A stretch of DNA of 64,000 nt from Polyangia bacterium (GTDB lineage Bacteria; Myxococcota_A; Polyangia; JAAYKL01): positions 1-64,000 of the forward strand of contig JBNKCR010000012.1 of the NCBI GenBank assembly GCA_050287845.1. The letters are read 5' to 3'. The notes beneath the pieces are model-generated. The model saw nothing but the letters and a program-made list of their open reading frames with translations. It ran no database searches and had not been told where the DNA came from. Of the stretch, positions 53,544 through 62,790 are shown one piece after another. The translations under genes were made by a program, and so were the position numbers. Every line of letters starts with the position of its first letter. Within the stretch, counting starts at the first letter, position 1.

Positions 53544-55766
53544 ATGCACGAAAAATCACACTCGCTTCTCTTTTATGTGTTGGCAATAGCCCTGGCGGTC
53601 ATTTCCTGCGGCGAAGGCGAAGAAGAGACACCTCGGGTATCGATTATCGTGGTGGGGCCCCAGGGTGCAACCATCGACGGCCCCGAGGATATGACGCTCA
53701 TTATTCCCCAGGGGGCACTGGACTCCAGTACAGAGATTAAAATAACAGCCACCGATATTGTTGTGCCGCAGATCACTCAGGGGAGCTCTGTCATTTCTGT
53801 GGAGCCCATCGGCACAGTGTTTAAGAAACCGTCTCATATTGTGATTCCATTCGAGCTCAAGGTGGGAACCAATGTGAACGATTACAAAGTGATCGGTTCA
53901 AAAAGTCCTGGCGCGGAGGCGAAAAAATGGATTCCCTATAAAAGCGTCGTGAGACCGGTGATTCGCAAAGTGGAGGCCGATGTATTGGAAACCGGATACT
54001 TTGTTGTAGGCATCAATCCGTATGCTGGAGTCCCGGACACCGACAGCGGCAGCAGCAGTGACTCGGAATCGGCGACAGGAACCGGAATCGACACCGGCAT
54101 GGCAACTGGAACGGAGACGAACGCTGATACCGGGACCGCAGAACAGGGGGACAGCACAACGGCGTCGGTACAGACAACCGACTCAAATGGCGATACGGGT
54201 CAGCCCGATACGGCTACAGTGGACACCGGAACCGCCACGGGTGGTTCGGACGGGGATACCGACACGGTGTGCCCCGCACTCCCCGCTGGCACAACACTGT
54301 TTGATATCACAACGATGGGCGGCGCCGAGGCGTTTGACCTGTACGGGGAGCTCGAAGCCACGTTTGAGTGGGCCACGGTGACCGATCAGTCGTTCAATGG
54401 GGCCGTCCGCGTCACCACTTCCGATTTCACGGGGCTGCCCGCCGACATTCAGACGTACCGGGCGCTCGACAGCAGCATTGCCGCGGGGGATCACCTCGCC
54501 CTTCAATTCTGGACCCGCTGTGTGTCCTCGGCCGGAGCCGCATGCCGAACCAGTGCCGTTCTGGGAGAATCGGAGCCATCCAATCTTACCATTGCAGCCT
54601 ACTACGTCACGGCATCCGGCAGCTGGACGCTGCATCAAATCCCCTTCGTGTCCCCCCTGGACTACGCCAATACCAACTATCTTTCGTTTCACATGGGGTA
54701 TCCGAATCAAACCATCGAAATCGCCGGCGTTCGACTGATTGACTACGGTCAAATCGCCGACGCACCGCGCCTCGACTGCCTGCCTGATACCACCGAACTC
54801 TATACCGCAACGAAATTCGTCAGTACACCTGCTGTGAAGGCCTTCCCCGGTTTCATCTACAACTACGCGGTGGAGATCAATGGTTATCCTCGCCCGGCAG
54901 TGACCTACACTTCCGGACCATCGTGGCTTACTTTTGATTCGGGCACACTTCTGTTAAGCGGCGTTCCCCCCCTTTCTGCCGCCAATACCACCGAAACAGT
55001 TAACATCGACGCGAATGGTATCGGACAATCCTGGTTCATCGAAATCGCTGAATCCCCTGGAACGGTGGGGTACTGGCCATTTGATGAATCAGCGGGAACC
55101 GTCACCGTCGATGCGTCCTCAAATGGTCGGGACGCTGCGGTGTTCGGGGATCCGGTCTGGCAAGCGGATGGTGGCCACATCAATGGCGCCATTTCTCTCG
55201 ACAGTTATACCGGGGCACTTGACTATGTCGAAATTTCATCTGATACCGACCTGGAATTGAACGACCTTCAGTACGCCAGCTATTCGCTCAGTGCCTGGGT
55301 AAAACCAAACAGAATTCCCGAAGGTACATCAGACGCTGACAACACCGGTGCCAGCGGTATTGTGCTCAAACGCGCCGGTGGCACATTAAGTACGGGGTTG
55401 TATTACTCGAGAGATCAGCGGTTTATCGCTATCCATGCGTTCAACGCCCGCGCATATGCGGCATACGCCGGTCCCTATGATATCGGAGAATGGCACCATG
55501 TCACATCCGTTCGCGACATGGAAAATAACACGCTGACCCTGTACGTTGACGGTGTTGCAAAATATTCGGGCCCCCTTACCCCTCCAGCGGATGACACGGA
55601 CACTACTCCCGACACAGACTATGAATATGGCACCACCCCATGGCGCATCGGTCTGTCGGAACCGAACGCCGAAGTTTCGGGCATGTATGGGGACATCACC
55701 GTAGACGAGGTTCGCTTTTTCAGTCGGGCGCTTACGGCTTCGGAAATCAGAAACCTCCAGCACTGA
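53544..55766 (+). CDS. Surface lipoprotein: ZU5-like + D/T linker + CBM4-like + putative Ig + LamG domains
   Basis: Lipobox VISC; IPQGAL; QTIEIAGVRLIDYG; PSWLTFD..LSGVP; GYWPFDE..WHHV..LYVDG..DEVRFFSRALTASEI. Confidence 0.82.
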   Translation: MHEKSHSLLFYVLAIALAVISCGEGEEETPRVSIIVVGPQGATIDGPEDMTLIIPQGALDSSTEIKITATDIVVPQITQGSSVISVEPIGTVFKKPSHIVIPFELKVGTNVNDYKVIGSKSPGAEAKKWIPYKSVVRPVIRKVEADVLETGYFVVGINPYAGVPDTDSGSSSDSESATGTGIDTGMATGTETNADTGTAEQGDSTTASVQTTDSNGDTGQPDTATVDTGTATGGSDGDTDTVCPALPAGTTLFDITTMGGAEAFDLYGELEATFEWATVTDQSFNGAVRVTTSDFTGLPADIQTYRALDSSIAAGDHLALQFWTRCVSSAGAACRTSAVLGESEPSNLTIAAYYVTASGSWTLHQIPFVSPLDYANTNYLSFHMGYPNQTIEIAGVRLIDYGQIADAPRLDCLPDTTELYTATKFVSTPAVKAFPGFIYNYAVEINGYPRPAVTYTSGPSWLTFDSGTLLLSGVPPLSAANTTETVNIDANGIGQSWFIEIAESPGTVGYWPFDESAGTVTVDASSNGRDAAVFGDPVWQADGGHINGAISLDSYTGALDYVEISSDTDLELNDLQYASYSLSAWVKPNRIPEGTSDADNTGASGIVLKRAGGTLSTGLYYSRDQRFIAIHAFNARAYAAYAGPYDIGEWHHVTSVRDMENNTLTLYVDGVAKYSGPLTPPADDTDTTPDTDYEYGTTPWRIGLSEPNAEVSGMYGDITVDEVRFFSRALTASEIRNLQH

Positions 55767-55883
55767 CCTGAGTTCCTGTTGCAATATGCAATGATATATT
55801 TATGGTCTCAATGACAGTGACCGATAAATGGATTCAAAACTGGACGCCGACAATTCTGCCCCAATGGGGCATATGAGGGCTAC

Positions 55884-57005
55884 ATGAATTTGTTCAGAGC
55901 AGGAATAATATCATTGCTTGTTATATCGGTTGCTCTGCCCATTCGGGCACAGACCACCGACAATGCCGAAAATGCCCCCGGCCAGTCCGCGACGAGAGAG
56001 AAGGCACTGAACGACGCCACGGATACCCTCTTCGACTCGGAGAAGAAAAAAAAGATAGCGCAGCAGCTGTTCGACGAAGGGATTCAGTTGTTTCAGCAAA
56101 ATCGTCTCGCCGATGCGGGTGAACGTTTTAAAGAGGCATACCAGATGCTGCCATCGTGGAAGCTGCTGTACAACATTGGCCAATGTGAAGCGGGTATTAA
56201 AAACTGGGGGGGCGCCATAGAAGCTTTCGAAAAATATCTCCAACTCGGCGGGGATGAAATCACCATGGTTCGTCAGGATGAAGTGCTGGCCGAATTGGAC
56301 CGATTGAAACGGATGGTCGGGAAAGTGTCCGTCGATGGTCCTCAAGGATACAATGTGTATATTGATGGAAAATTTGTTGGGACTTCCCCCATCGTTTCAG
56401 GTGTGATGGTCATCATTGGAATGCAGCACACCGTGGCGGTAACCGACGTTGAAACCGATGCGGTGGTCAACACCTACACCGTGACTGTATCTGGCGGAGA
56501 GAATTTGCACCTCACCATAAAGCCGCCAGAGGAGGATGCCCAAACGGATGCCTCTCAAGTTGCGGCTGGTCCAGTGCGCGAACCTGTCGAAGAAGCTACC
56601 GAATCCATCACCGTAAATTCCGATTCTTCTCTTTTTGCCATGAAGGACAGTGCGCGAAAGAAAATAAGTCCTGCTCTGTTTTTCGTGTCCCTTTCGACCG
56701 CTGTGGTTGCCGGAGGGGTAACGCTCGGGCTGGGGTTGACAATCAACTCAAAATGGGAATCCGCCCAGTCCGACTACAACCGGGATCCATGGGGCTACGA
56801 TACAGAACAGGACAATGCCATTCGTCATCTGCAAGTTATCAGCTACGTCACGGGCGCACTGACCGCGGTGGCACTTGCCAGTGCGATTATCTCCATTCCC
56901 TTTACCGATTGGCGTGGCAAACACAGACGCCGCACCAGCGCAATCCAAATGTGGCCATACGGATCCAGTTCCGCTGCGGGGCTGGTGCTGTTGAGGCGTT
57001 TTTAA
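55884..57005 (+). CDS. Secreted TPR + PEGA domain protein with hydrophobic C-terminal hairpin and beta-signal-like end
   Basis: Signal peptide; AQQLFDEG..LLYNIGQC..AIEAFEKYL TPR; VYIDGKFVGTSP PEGA; ends PYGSSSAAGLVLLRRF. Confidence 0.82.
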   Translation: MNLFRAGIISLLVISVALPIRAQTTDNAENAPGQSATREKALNDATDTLFDSEKKKKIAQQLFDEGIQLFQQNRLADAGERFKEAYQMLPSWKLLYNIGQCEAGIKNWGGAIEAFEKYLQLGGDEITMVRQDEVLAELDRLKRMVGKVSVDGPQGYNVYIDGKFVGTSPIVSGVMVIIGMQHTVAVTDVETDAVVNTYTVTVSGGENLHLTIKPPEEDAQTDASQVAAGPVREPVEEATESITVNSDSSLFAMKDSARKKISPALFFVSLSTAVVAGGVTLGLGLTINSKWESAQSDYNRDPWGYDTEQDNAIRHLQVISYVTGALTAVALASAIISIPFTDWRGKHRRRTSAIQMWPYGSSSAAGLVLLRRF

Positions 57006-57006
57006 C

Positions 57007-57786
57007 ATGAAGCAAGTCATCCCCATACTGCTGTTTTCTGTTGCCACATTCCTGGGATGCCACTGGTTTGACAGTGTGGACGACCTTCATGATTGTCCGT
57101 TGAATTCCCAGTTTCCCTGCCCCTGCAGCACGTCCTGCCAGAACGGACAAACCTGTATGCAGAAACAGGGCACCCACGGCACGTATGGTCAATGCACGGT
57201 ACCCTGCAACGGGATAGATGAAGTCTGCCGGCTGGCTTCTGACGGATATGGTATCGATGGCGCCGGCGGTCGATGTATCGAAAGCGGGTATTGTGCCATC
57301 GAATGTTTTTTTAAAGAGGATTGCCCCCCTGGTATGATTTGTGCGGTTGAAGCCAACGGCGAATCACCGATTTGCGTTCCCGGTGGTGATCTCGATGAAG
57401 GGATTTTTCGATCGGATTCGACCACTTCCGCAGCGGATACCGGTTCCGGGTCGGAAACGCAACCGGAGGATACCGGTATCAGTGGCAGCGATCGCATTGA
57501 TACAGATACGGGCCCTTCGCTGACCCGAAGACGAGCGGATTGCGAGGGATACATTGATGCCGCATTTTTCTGTAATCCCAATCAGGAACAAATGAAAAGT
57601 GAAGTAATCGAGACGTGTGTCCAGAATAACTGGTACACAATCGACGATTGCTACTTCTGCGCCATTAACGGGCAATGCCCCGCATTCGCCCCCGGCGGTG
57701 CAAACTGCGCTGGCGCCAGCACCACAGAAACCTGCTGCCAGAACTGGGTAAACTGCTACCTCAGTTGCGAAGCATGTAACTCGTGA
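57007..57786 (+). CDS. Cys-rich lipoprotein coupled to the TPR-PEGA gene
   Basis: ATG 1 nt after the upstream stop; lipobox FLGC; two Cys-rich regions joined by a D/T/S linker. Confidence 0.75.
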   Translation: MKQVIPILLFSVATFLGCHWFDSVDDLHDCPLNSQFPCPCSTSCQNGQTCMQKQGTHGTYGQCTVPCNGIDEVCRLASDGYGIDGAGGRCIESGYCAIECFFKEDCPPGMICAVEANGESPICVPGGDLDEGIFRSDSTTSAADTGSGSETQPEDTGISGSDRIDTDTGPSLTRRRADCEGYIDAAFFCNPNQEQMKSEVIETCVQNNWYTIDDCYFCAINGQCPAFAPGGANCAGASTTETCCQNWVNCYLSCEACNS

Positions 57787-57941
57787 CAGACGACCGATTT
57801 GAACATCGGTGAACAGGCACAGTGTGTCTCTTTTTCAACATGGCGTTCGTGACGCTCAGATGGCCTGTGATGCTTATAACTGACTGAATTTTTTTTGATT
57901 ATCTGGATTTGGGCAACAGATGCAGTTGTGGGTATTTAAAG

Positions 57942-57957
57942 TGGTACGTGAATTGCT
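57942..57957 (+). promoter_or_regulatory. Sigma54 (-24/-12) promoter for the porin-CotH pair
   Basis: TGGTAC-GTGAA-TTGCT, GG-N10-GC spacing. Confidence 0.6.
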
Positions 57958-57971
57958 CAGTAGCATTTGCC

Positions 57972-58976
57972 ATGAAACGCAGATGTGAATCAATTCGAAA
58001 GAACCGATGGTCCGGCTCGCTGATTTTTTTGTGCTGCTTCGGGGTATCGTTCAACGCGCATGCTGGCCTCGGTGGAAATGTGGAAGTTGGCGTGGATGTG
58101 GAGAACGCCAACAATACAGAGGTGGATGTGAACGCGGAGCTGAAGTACAGGAGTAAGCGCAGCAAGGGATTTCGCGCCATCGTCGAAGCAAAGGCCTCGG
58201 CTGTGGAACGGGACTTTCATCTGAAGGACGTGGTGGTGGACTACCGGTATTCCAAAAAACTGCACATCAGTCTGGGGTACAGCAAAAAGGTTCTTGGGGT
58301 GGAATACGAAGACGGCAAACGCAAGCGCATTCCCATTCACCGGAGTTTGCCCTATCGTAAAATGGAGTCACTGGGGCTCGTGGGAAGACAGCTCAATCTC
58401 AGAGTTGACCTGGAATTGGGAAAGAAGCGGCATCGCACCGATATCTCTGCGGCGCTGGGGGGCGACAACAGCCGGGACTACAATCTGCAACTGTCGCTGA
58501 AAAAGGCACGGGGAAACCTGGGCCTGGGCGTGTGGGGCCTTTTGGAGCGTCATCGGATAGATAAGGGATTCATTCCGGTGTTCTCAGAAGTGCTGGCCCT
58601 GTGGTACGAATCGGAGTCGGGTCGCGTGCTTCTGGAAGCCATTCACGGCGTCGACGCCATTCGCACCGAGTATCAGTCACACCTTGGCAATGACCGGACT
58701 GTGCATTTTGTATCGCCCAGACTGGATTTGGCAAGATTTGTCGCTGTGACGGAGAATACACAGATAGTACCATTTGTGCAGATGGGAGTCGTCTTTGACG
58801 ACCTGAATAATCCCGATGAAAATTCATTGCTGTTCACCGCGGGTACCCGGTTCCAATGGCATGACCTTCGGATTGGCATCAATGTCGAAACCGTTGGCGT
58901 GAAGGATGTCACCCGGGAAAACCATCGGCAGTTCAAGCGTAAAAGTGTTTATGGACAGGTCATTTACTTCTTTTAA
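57972..58976 (+). CDS. Outer-membrane beta-barrel, OprO/OprP phosphate-porin-like
   Basis: Signal peptide (AHA); KDVVVDY..GYSKKVLGVE..HRS resembles the OprO/P motif; alternating beta pattern; terminal YFF. Confidence 0.65.
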   Translation: MKRRCESIRKNRWSGSLIFLCCFGVSFNAHAGLGGNVEVGVDVENANNTEVDVNAELKYRSKRSKGFRAIVEAKASAVERDFHLKDVVVDYRYSKKLHISLGYSKKVLGVEYEDGKRKRIPIHRSLPYRKMESLGLVGRQLNLRVDLELGKKRHRTDISAALGGDNSRDYNLQLSLKKARGNLGLGVWGLLERHRIDKGFIPVFSEVLALWYESESGRVLLEAIHGVDAIRTEYQSHLGNDRTVHFVSPRLDLARFVAVTENTQIVPFVQMGVVFDDLNNPDENSLLFTAGTRFQWHDLRIGINVETVGVKDVTRENHRQFKRKSVYGQVIYFF

Positions 58977-59001
58977 CCATGTTGACCGGAGGGGGGTGCA
59001 T

Positions 59002-60171
59002 ATGCGTGGAAAAGGTAAATCAGTTTATTATCGAAATGTTGCGTTGAGATGGATACTCTCGTGGTCGCTGCTGTGTGTTTTCGCGCTCGTAGCGGCGGGG
59101 TTGGGGGGATGTGATGATTCCTGGAAAAGCGCCGGCGGCGGTGACTATGAGGACTTCGGGCTGGGTAAAGTGGTTTCAATGAATTTCACTTCTGAGGAAA
59201 TTTCGTGCATGCGCAGCAGCACGTACGCCAAACCATCGGTTCGGACGGCTGTATTCATCGACGGGAAACTGTATCCCGCCAGTGTTTCTTTTTCCGGCGC
59301 CACCAGTGTGGATGATTATCGAAAGAACTACGAAGTCGTGCTCGATAGTCCATACAGGGGCAGACACGTGTATCGTATCAATTCCATGCCCACGGATTCG
59401 TCCGCCAGCCGGGCCATGCTGTCGTATACAGTGTTTGAACGCATGGGATTTGATATGCCCCACTATGAGCCGATGGCGCTGTGGATTAACGATGAGTATG
59501 CGGGTCTGTATCTGTGGCAGGAAAAAATAGATGAAACGTATTTCACAGCGCGGGATAAGGAGCCGGTGTCTCTGTATCAGGCAGAGGATTCGGTGGCCCG
59601 AATGGACGACACTTCCAATCTGGAGGCGGCGTTTTCGGTGAAAGTCGGTTCAAAGGAAATGGTGGATTTAAAGTACGTGATCCAGTTGCTTATGGCTACT
59701 GAAGACGAACAGAATTGCGCCCGGCTTTCACAGGTGCTCGATGTGGACAGTGTGTTGCGGTATATGGCGGTGGCCGCATACCTGGCAAGTCACGATGGGA
59801 TTGTGAACAATTTTTATCTGGCCAGAGTGAAAGGCGATCAGCGATTGAGCATTCTGCCATGGGATTTGGATCGCACATTCATGGGCACGGTGGATATGGC
59901 GGATGGTGAATTTTTCAGCCGCAATTTGATGATGACCCGTTTCTGGAGCGAAGACGGACCGTATGGCGAGCTGTATCGGAATTATTATATGAAAACACGT
60001 CGCGTGGCGGACGCCGCTTTTCTGGAAAACCTACTGGACGAATGGGCATCCTTCGTTCGGGAAGCGTACGAAAACGACCCGTTTCTATCCACCGGCGCCA
60101 TGACTTTCGATGAGCACATCGCCGAAATCAAAGGCCATATTGAAGATACCAACGCGTCCATTGCGCAGTGA
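59002..60171 (+). CDS. CotH-family atypical kinase lipoprotein
   Basis: Lipobox LGGC; GATS..RKNY, YAGLYLWQEKID, DGIVNNFYL, ILPWDLDRTF; RBS GGAGG. Confidence 0.85.
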   Translation: MRGKGKSVYYRNVALRWILSWSLLCVFALVAAGLGGCDDSWKSAGGGDYEDFGLGKVVSMNFTSEEISCMRSSTYAKPSVRTAVFIDGKLYPASVSFSGATSVDDYRKNYEVVLDSPYRGRHVYRINSMPTDSSASRAMLSYTVFERMGFDMPHYEPMALWINDEYAGLYLWQEKIDETYFTARDKEPVSLYQAEDSVARMDDTSNLEAAFSVKVGSKEMVDLKYVIQLLMATEDEQNCARLSQVLDVDSVLRYMAVAAYLASHDGIVNNFYLARVKGDQRLSILPWDLDRTFMGTVDMADGEFFSRNLMMTRFWSEDGPYGELYRNYYMKTRRVADAAFLENLLDEWASFVREAYENDPFLSTGAMTFDEHIAEIKGHIEDTNASIAQ

Positions 60172-60267
60172 TTCAATCTGAACCCCGAAATCGGATGCCG
60201 TACCGGTCAGATAACTGTAATATTGATGCGGTCTGGTATCCTGAAGCCGGTGCCGGGAAAGCGAATT

Positions 60268-62034
60268 TTACGCTTTTTTCGTATCCAGCCGCCTATACCA
60301 TCTGAAGTATAGCCACACAGCGGATACCAGCCAGATGATGCCGCCGTACAGCATTGTTTCCCACTTATGGAGCAACAGGGAGATGACCATGACCACGCCG
60401 CTGAGGTGCCAGGCGATGGCAAAGGGAATGTTGGCGATGTCGCGCTGATTTTCGCTGGCGGCGAGGGTGACCTGGGTCTCCGTCATGGTTGCGCGGACGC
60501 GGCGCCACCACCCGAATGGACGGATTTCCTTCCAGAAGCGCTTCAGCACCTCCGGGGAAGTTGGCGGGGTGGCCAGGGAAACCGCAACACCGGTCACCAG
60601 CGAGATAAGCCAGGTGGATGGAAAAGAAATGAACAGGGGCAAACCGGGCAGTATCAGTCGAAATCCAATGGCCACAAGCAGACCGGCGCCAGTCGAAGCG
60701 GCGAAACCGAAACCGTTGAACCTGTCCCAGTACCAGCGCAAAATAATCGGCGCAAAGAGTCCTGCAGAGAGCGGGCCGGTAATCCATCCCCAGATGGACT
60801 CGATGCTGGGAATGAAATACCCGGTGGCCGTGGCGCCGATTGCCAGGGCGGCACTGGCCAGGTAACTCTGCTTCATCAGTTGCTTCCGGGTGGCATCCGG
60901 CGAGAGATACCGCTGGTAGATGTCTCTCACCCAGTAGGCGGCGCCTGCATTGACCGTTGAATCAAACGTGGACATGGCGGCTGCTATCAACCCGGCAACC
61001 ACCATTCCCTTCAAACCAGCCGGAATCAGCCTGTCCACCACCCTGGGGAGTGCCTGTTCGGGATCGGCGCGCAGGATGTCGTTCATATCCGTGCTGGTCT
61101 GCGATAGCCAGAGCGCCAGAACAGCGACGCCGATTATCAGCGCCCAGCGAAAGAGCAGCAACAGAATCCATTCCACGGTCATCAATCCGGCTTCCCGCTC
61201 ATTGCGGGCGGCGTAGTAGCGTTGGGGCATGTAGCCGCCGGTCAATCCGCCGGCCCCTTCAAAGAGTCCCCGGGCTATCCAGAAAATCACGGTTAATCCG
61301 AAGAAGTGATAAATGCCTGACGAAGAGAGCCAGGTCATCGGTGGGGCCGTCCACATGGGGGTGAAGCTGGCCCAGCTGTTCCCGGCAGCAGCGATAATAT
61401 CGGCCTGATTGGGAAGCAGAAACGCTTTGACGCCAACGTAGATACCCGCGATAATCATCAGCAGCTCCTGGGCCAGATCGGTGAAGATAACACCGTACAG
61501 GCCCGAAAGCGTGGTGTATGCCACGGCAATGACAATCAGGATCAGCGCACACAGCTCCGGCGGCCACCCAAGGAATACGGAGAGGAATTTGCCGGTGCCC
61601 TCTACAAAGTAGGTGAGAAACGCCAGGGTCACGATGAGGTTGGCCACCGCGCTGAGCAGGCGGGCGGCCTGTCCCGGTGTGCCGCTGCCAAATCGAAACT
61701 CCATCCATTCTGCCGTGGTCATCACATTGGAACGACGCAACCACTTGGCCATGTACACCATCAGCAATCCCAGGGGCAGACACATCCCGCCGCGCATGGC
61801 TACCCAGAAGCCCTGCAACCCAATGGCAAAGATGAACGAGACCATTATCATGGTCCCGGTCATATCAAAGTTGGATGCGGTGCCCGAAGCGCCCAGTACC
61901 CACCAGGGCACGGTGCGGCCTCCCAGAAAATAGTTTTCGATACCGCGGGCAGCTTTTTTCCGCAGAAATATCCCCAGCAGGAGGGTGAACAGAAAGTAAC
62001 AGATGATAATGAGTGTGTCGACTGTGCCGAGCAT
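60268..62034 (-). CDS. Sodium:solute symporter (SSF family)
   Basis: YFLGGR, SGLYGVIFTD, QRYYAAR, AAAMSTFDS..N; many TM helices. Confidence 0.92.
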   Translation of the reverse strand: MLGTVDTLIIICYFLFTLLLGIFLRKKAARGIENYFLGGRTVPWWVLGASGTASNFDMTGTMIMVSFIFAIGLQGFWVAMRGGMCLPLGLLMVYMAKWLRRSNVMTTAEWMEFRFGSGTPGQAARLLSAVANLIVTLAFLTYFVEGTGKFLSVFLGWPPELCALILIVIAVAYTTLSGLYGVIFTDLAQELLMIIAGIYVGVKAFLLPNQADIIAAAGNSWASFTPMWTAPPMTWLSSSGIYHFFGLTVIFWIARGLFEGAGGLTGGYMPQRYYAARNEREAGLMTVEWILLLLFRWALIIGVAVLALWLSQTSTDMNDILRADPEQALPRVVDRLIPAGLKGMVVAGLIAAAMSTFDSTVNAGAAYWVRDIYQRYLSPDATRKQLMKQSYLASAALAIGATATGYFIPSIESIWGWITGPLSAGLFAPIILRWYWDRFNGFGFAASTGAGLLVAIGFRLILPGLPLFISFPSTWLISLVTGVAVSLATPPTSPEVLKRFWKEIRPFGWWRRVRATMTETQVTLAASENQRDIANIPFAIAWHLSGVVMVISLLLHKWETMLYGGIIWLVSAVWLYFRWYRRLDTKKA

Positions 62035-62161
62035 CTGACAACCCCTTCTGCGGTTTCATTCCGGCTTGATTTGGTGGATTCACAGGTATTCTAAAGCGAT
62101 TGGCTCTGGATGCAAGTGGAATTCAGATGTAGACTGAGTATAAGGAAAGAAGGAAATTAGT

Positions 62162-62563
62162 ATGGTATTTACGGTTGTTCTGGTGGCAGTTCCCGCTCTG
62201 ATTGGCGCCATCGTGTATTCGATGTTGCTCCTCGGAAAATATCGACCTTTCCGAAAGCGGCCAAAAACACAGAGAAAGTTGCTGCTGGCGGTCACGTATT
62301 TCTTTTCAATCGGTTTGCTGGCATTGATTCTTACGGCAATTGGAATGATGCTGGTGGTTGGGATTGTGGGGATTTTGGTGCTCTGTATTTTTGACATCAT
62401 CGGTATCGCCATTCTGTCGCGGCGATTCATCATTCGCAAAAAACGCCGACAAATGAGACGCGAAGTAAAAGAAATGCGAGCCCGCCTTAAAAAACTGGAC
62501 GCCGAAATCAACAGCATGAACGCCGGTCTCCCGCCAGCCTCCGGCAAAGACATCAGTGAATAA
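62162..62563 (+). CDS. Hypothetical membrane protein (3 TM plus basic coiled tail)
   Basis: 133-aa ORF with RBS AAGGA. Confidence 0.6.
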   Translation: MVFTVVLVAVPALIGAIVYSMLLLGKYRPFRKRPKTQRKLLLAVTYFFSIGLLALILTAIGMMLVVGIVGILVLCIFDIIGIAILSRRFIIRKKRRQMRREVKEMRARLKKLDAEINSMNAGLPPASGKDISE

Positions 62564-62579
62564 TCAGATATAAACCCCA

Positions 62580-62610
62580 GTGACAGATGTCACGGTGTGA
62601 CGGATGTCCC
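62580..62610. promoter_or_regulatory. Tandem palindromic sites, probable enhancer (UAS) for a sigma54 activator
   Basis: GTGACAGATGTCAC (62580-62593) and GTGACGGATGTCCC (62597-62610), about 105-135 bp upstream of a -24/-12 element. Confidence 0.5.
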
Positions 62611-62712
62611 CATGGGCGGACGCTGACAGTTTGTGACCGGGCGGAACCTGACGTTCCATGTGTCACACCCTTTTGTTTTTTTCAACGCTATGGAATTCGC
62701 GAAAAAGGTCAT

Positions 62713-62728
62713 TGGTACAGGTATTGCT
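62713..62728 (+). promoter_or_regulatory. Sigma54 (-24/-12) promoter of the acetate-CoA ligase gene
   Basis: TGGTAC-AGGTA-TTGCT, GG-N10-GC spacing, 62 bp upstream of the ATG. Confidence 0.65.
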
Positions 62729-62790
62729 GAAACAGGCGGGTGAAAGCAGGGAACCCCCCAGCCGGGGTAAACGCCGTTGAAGGAGTAACT

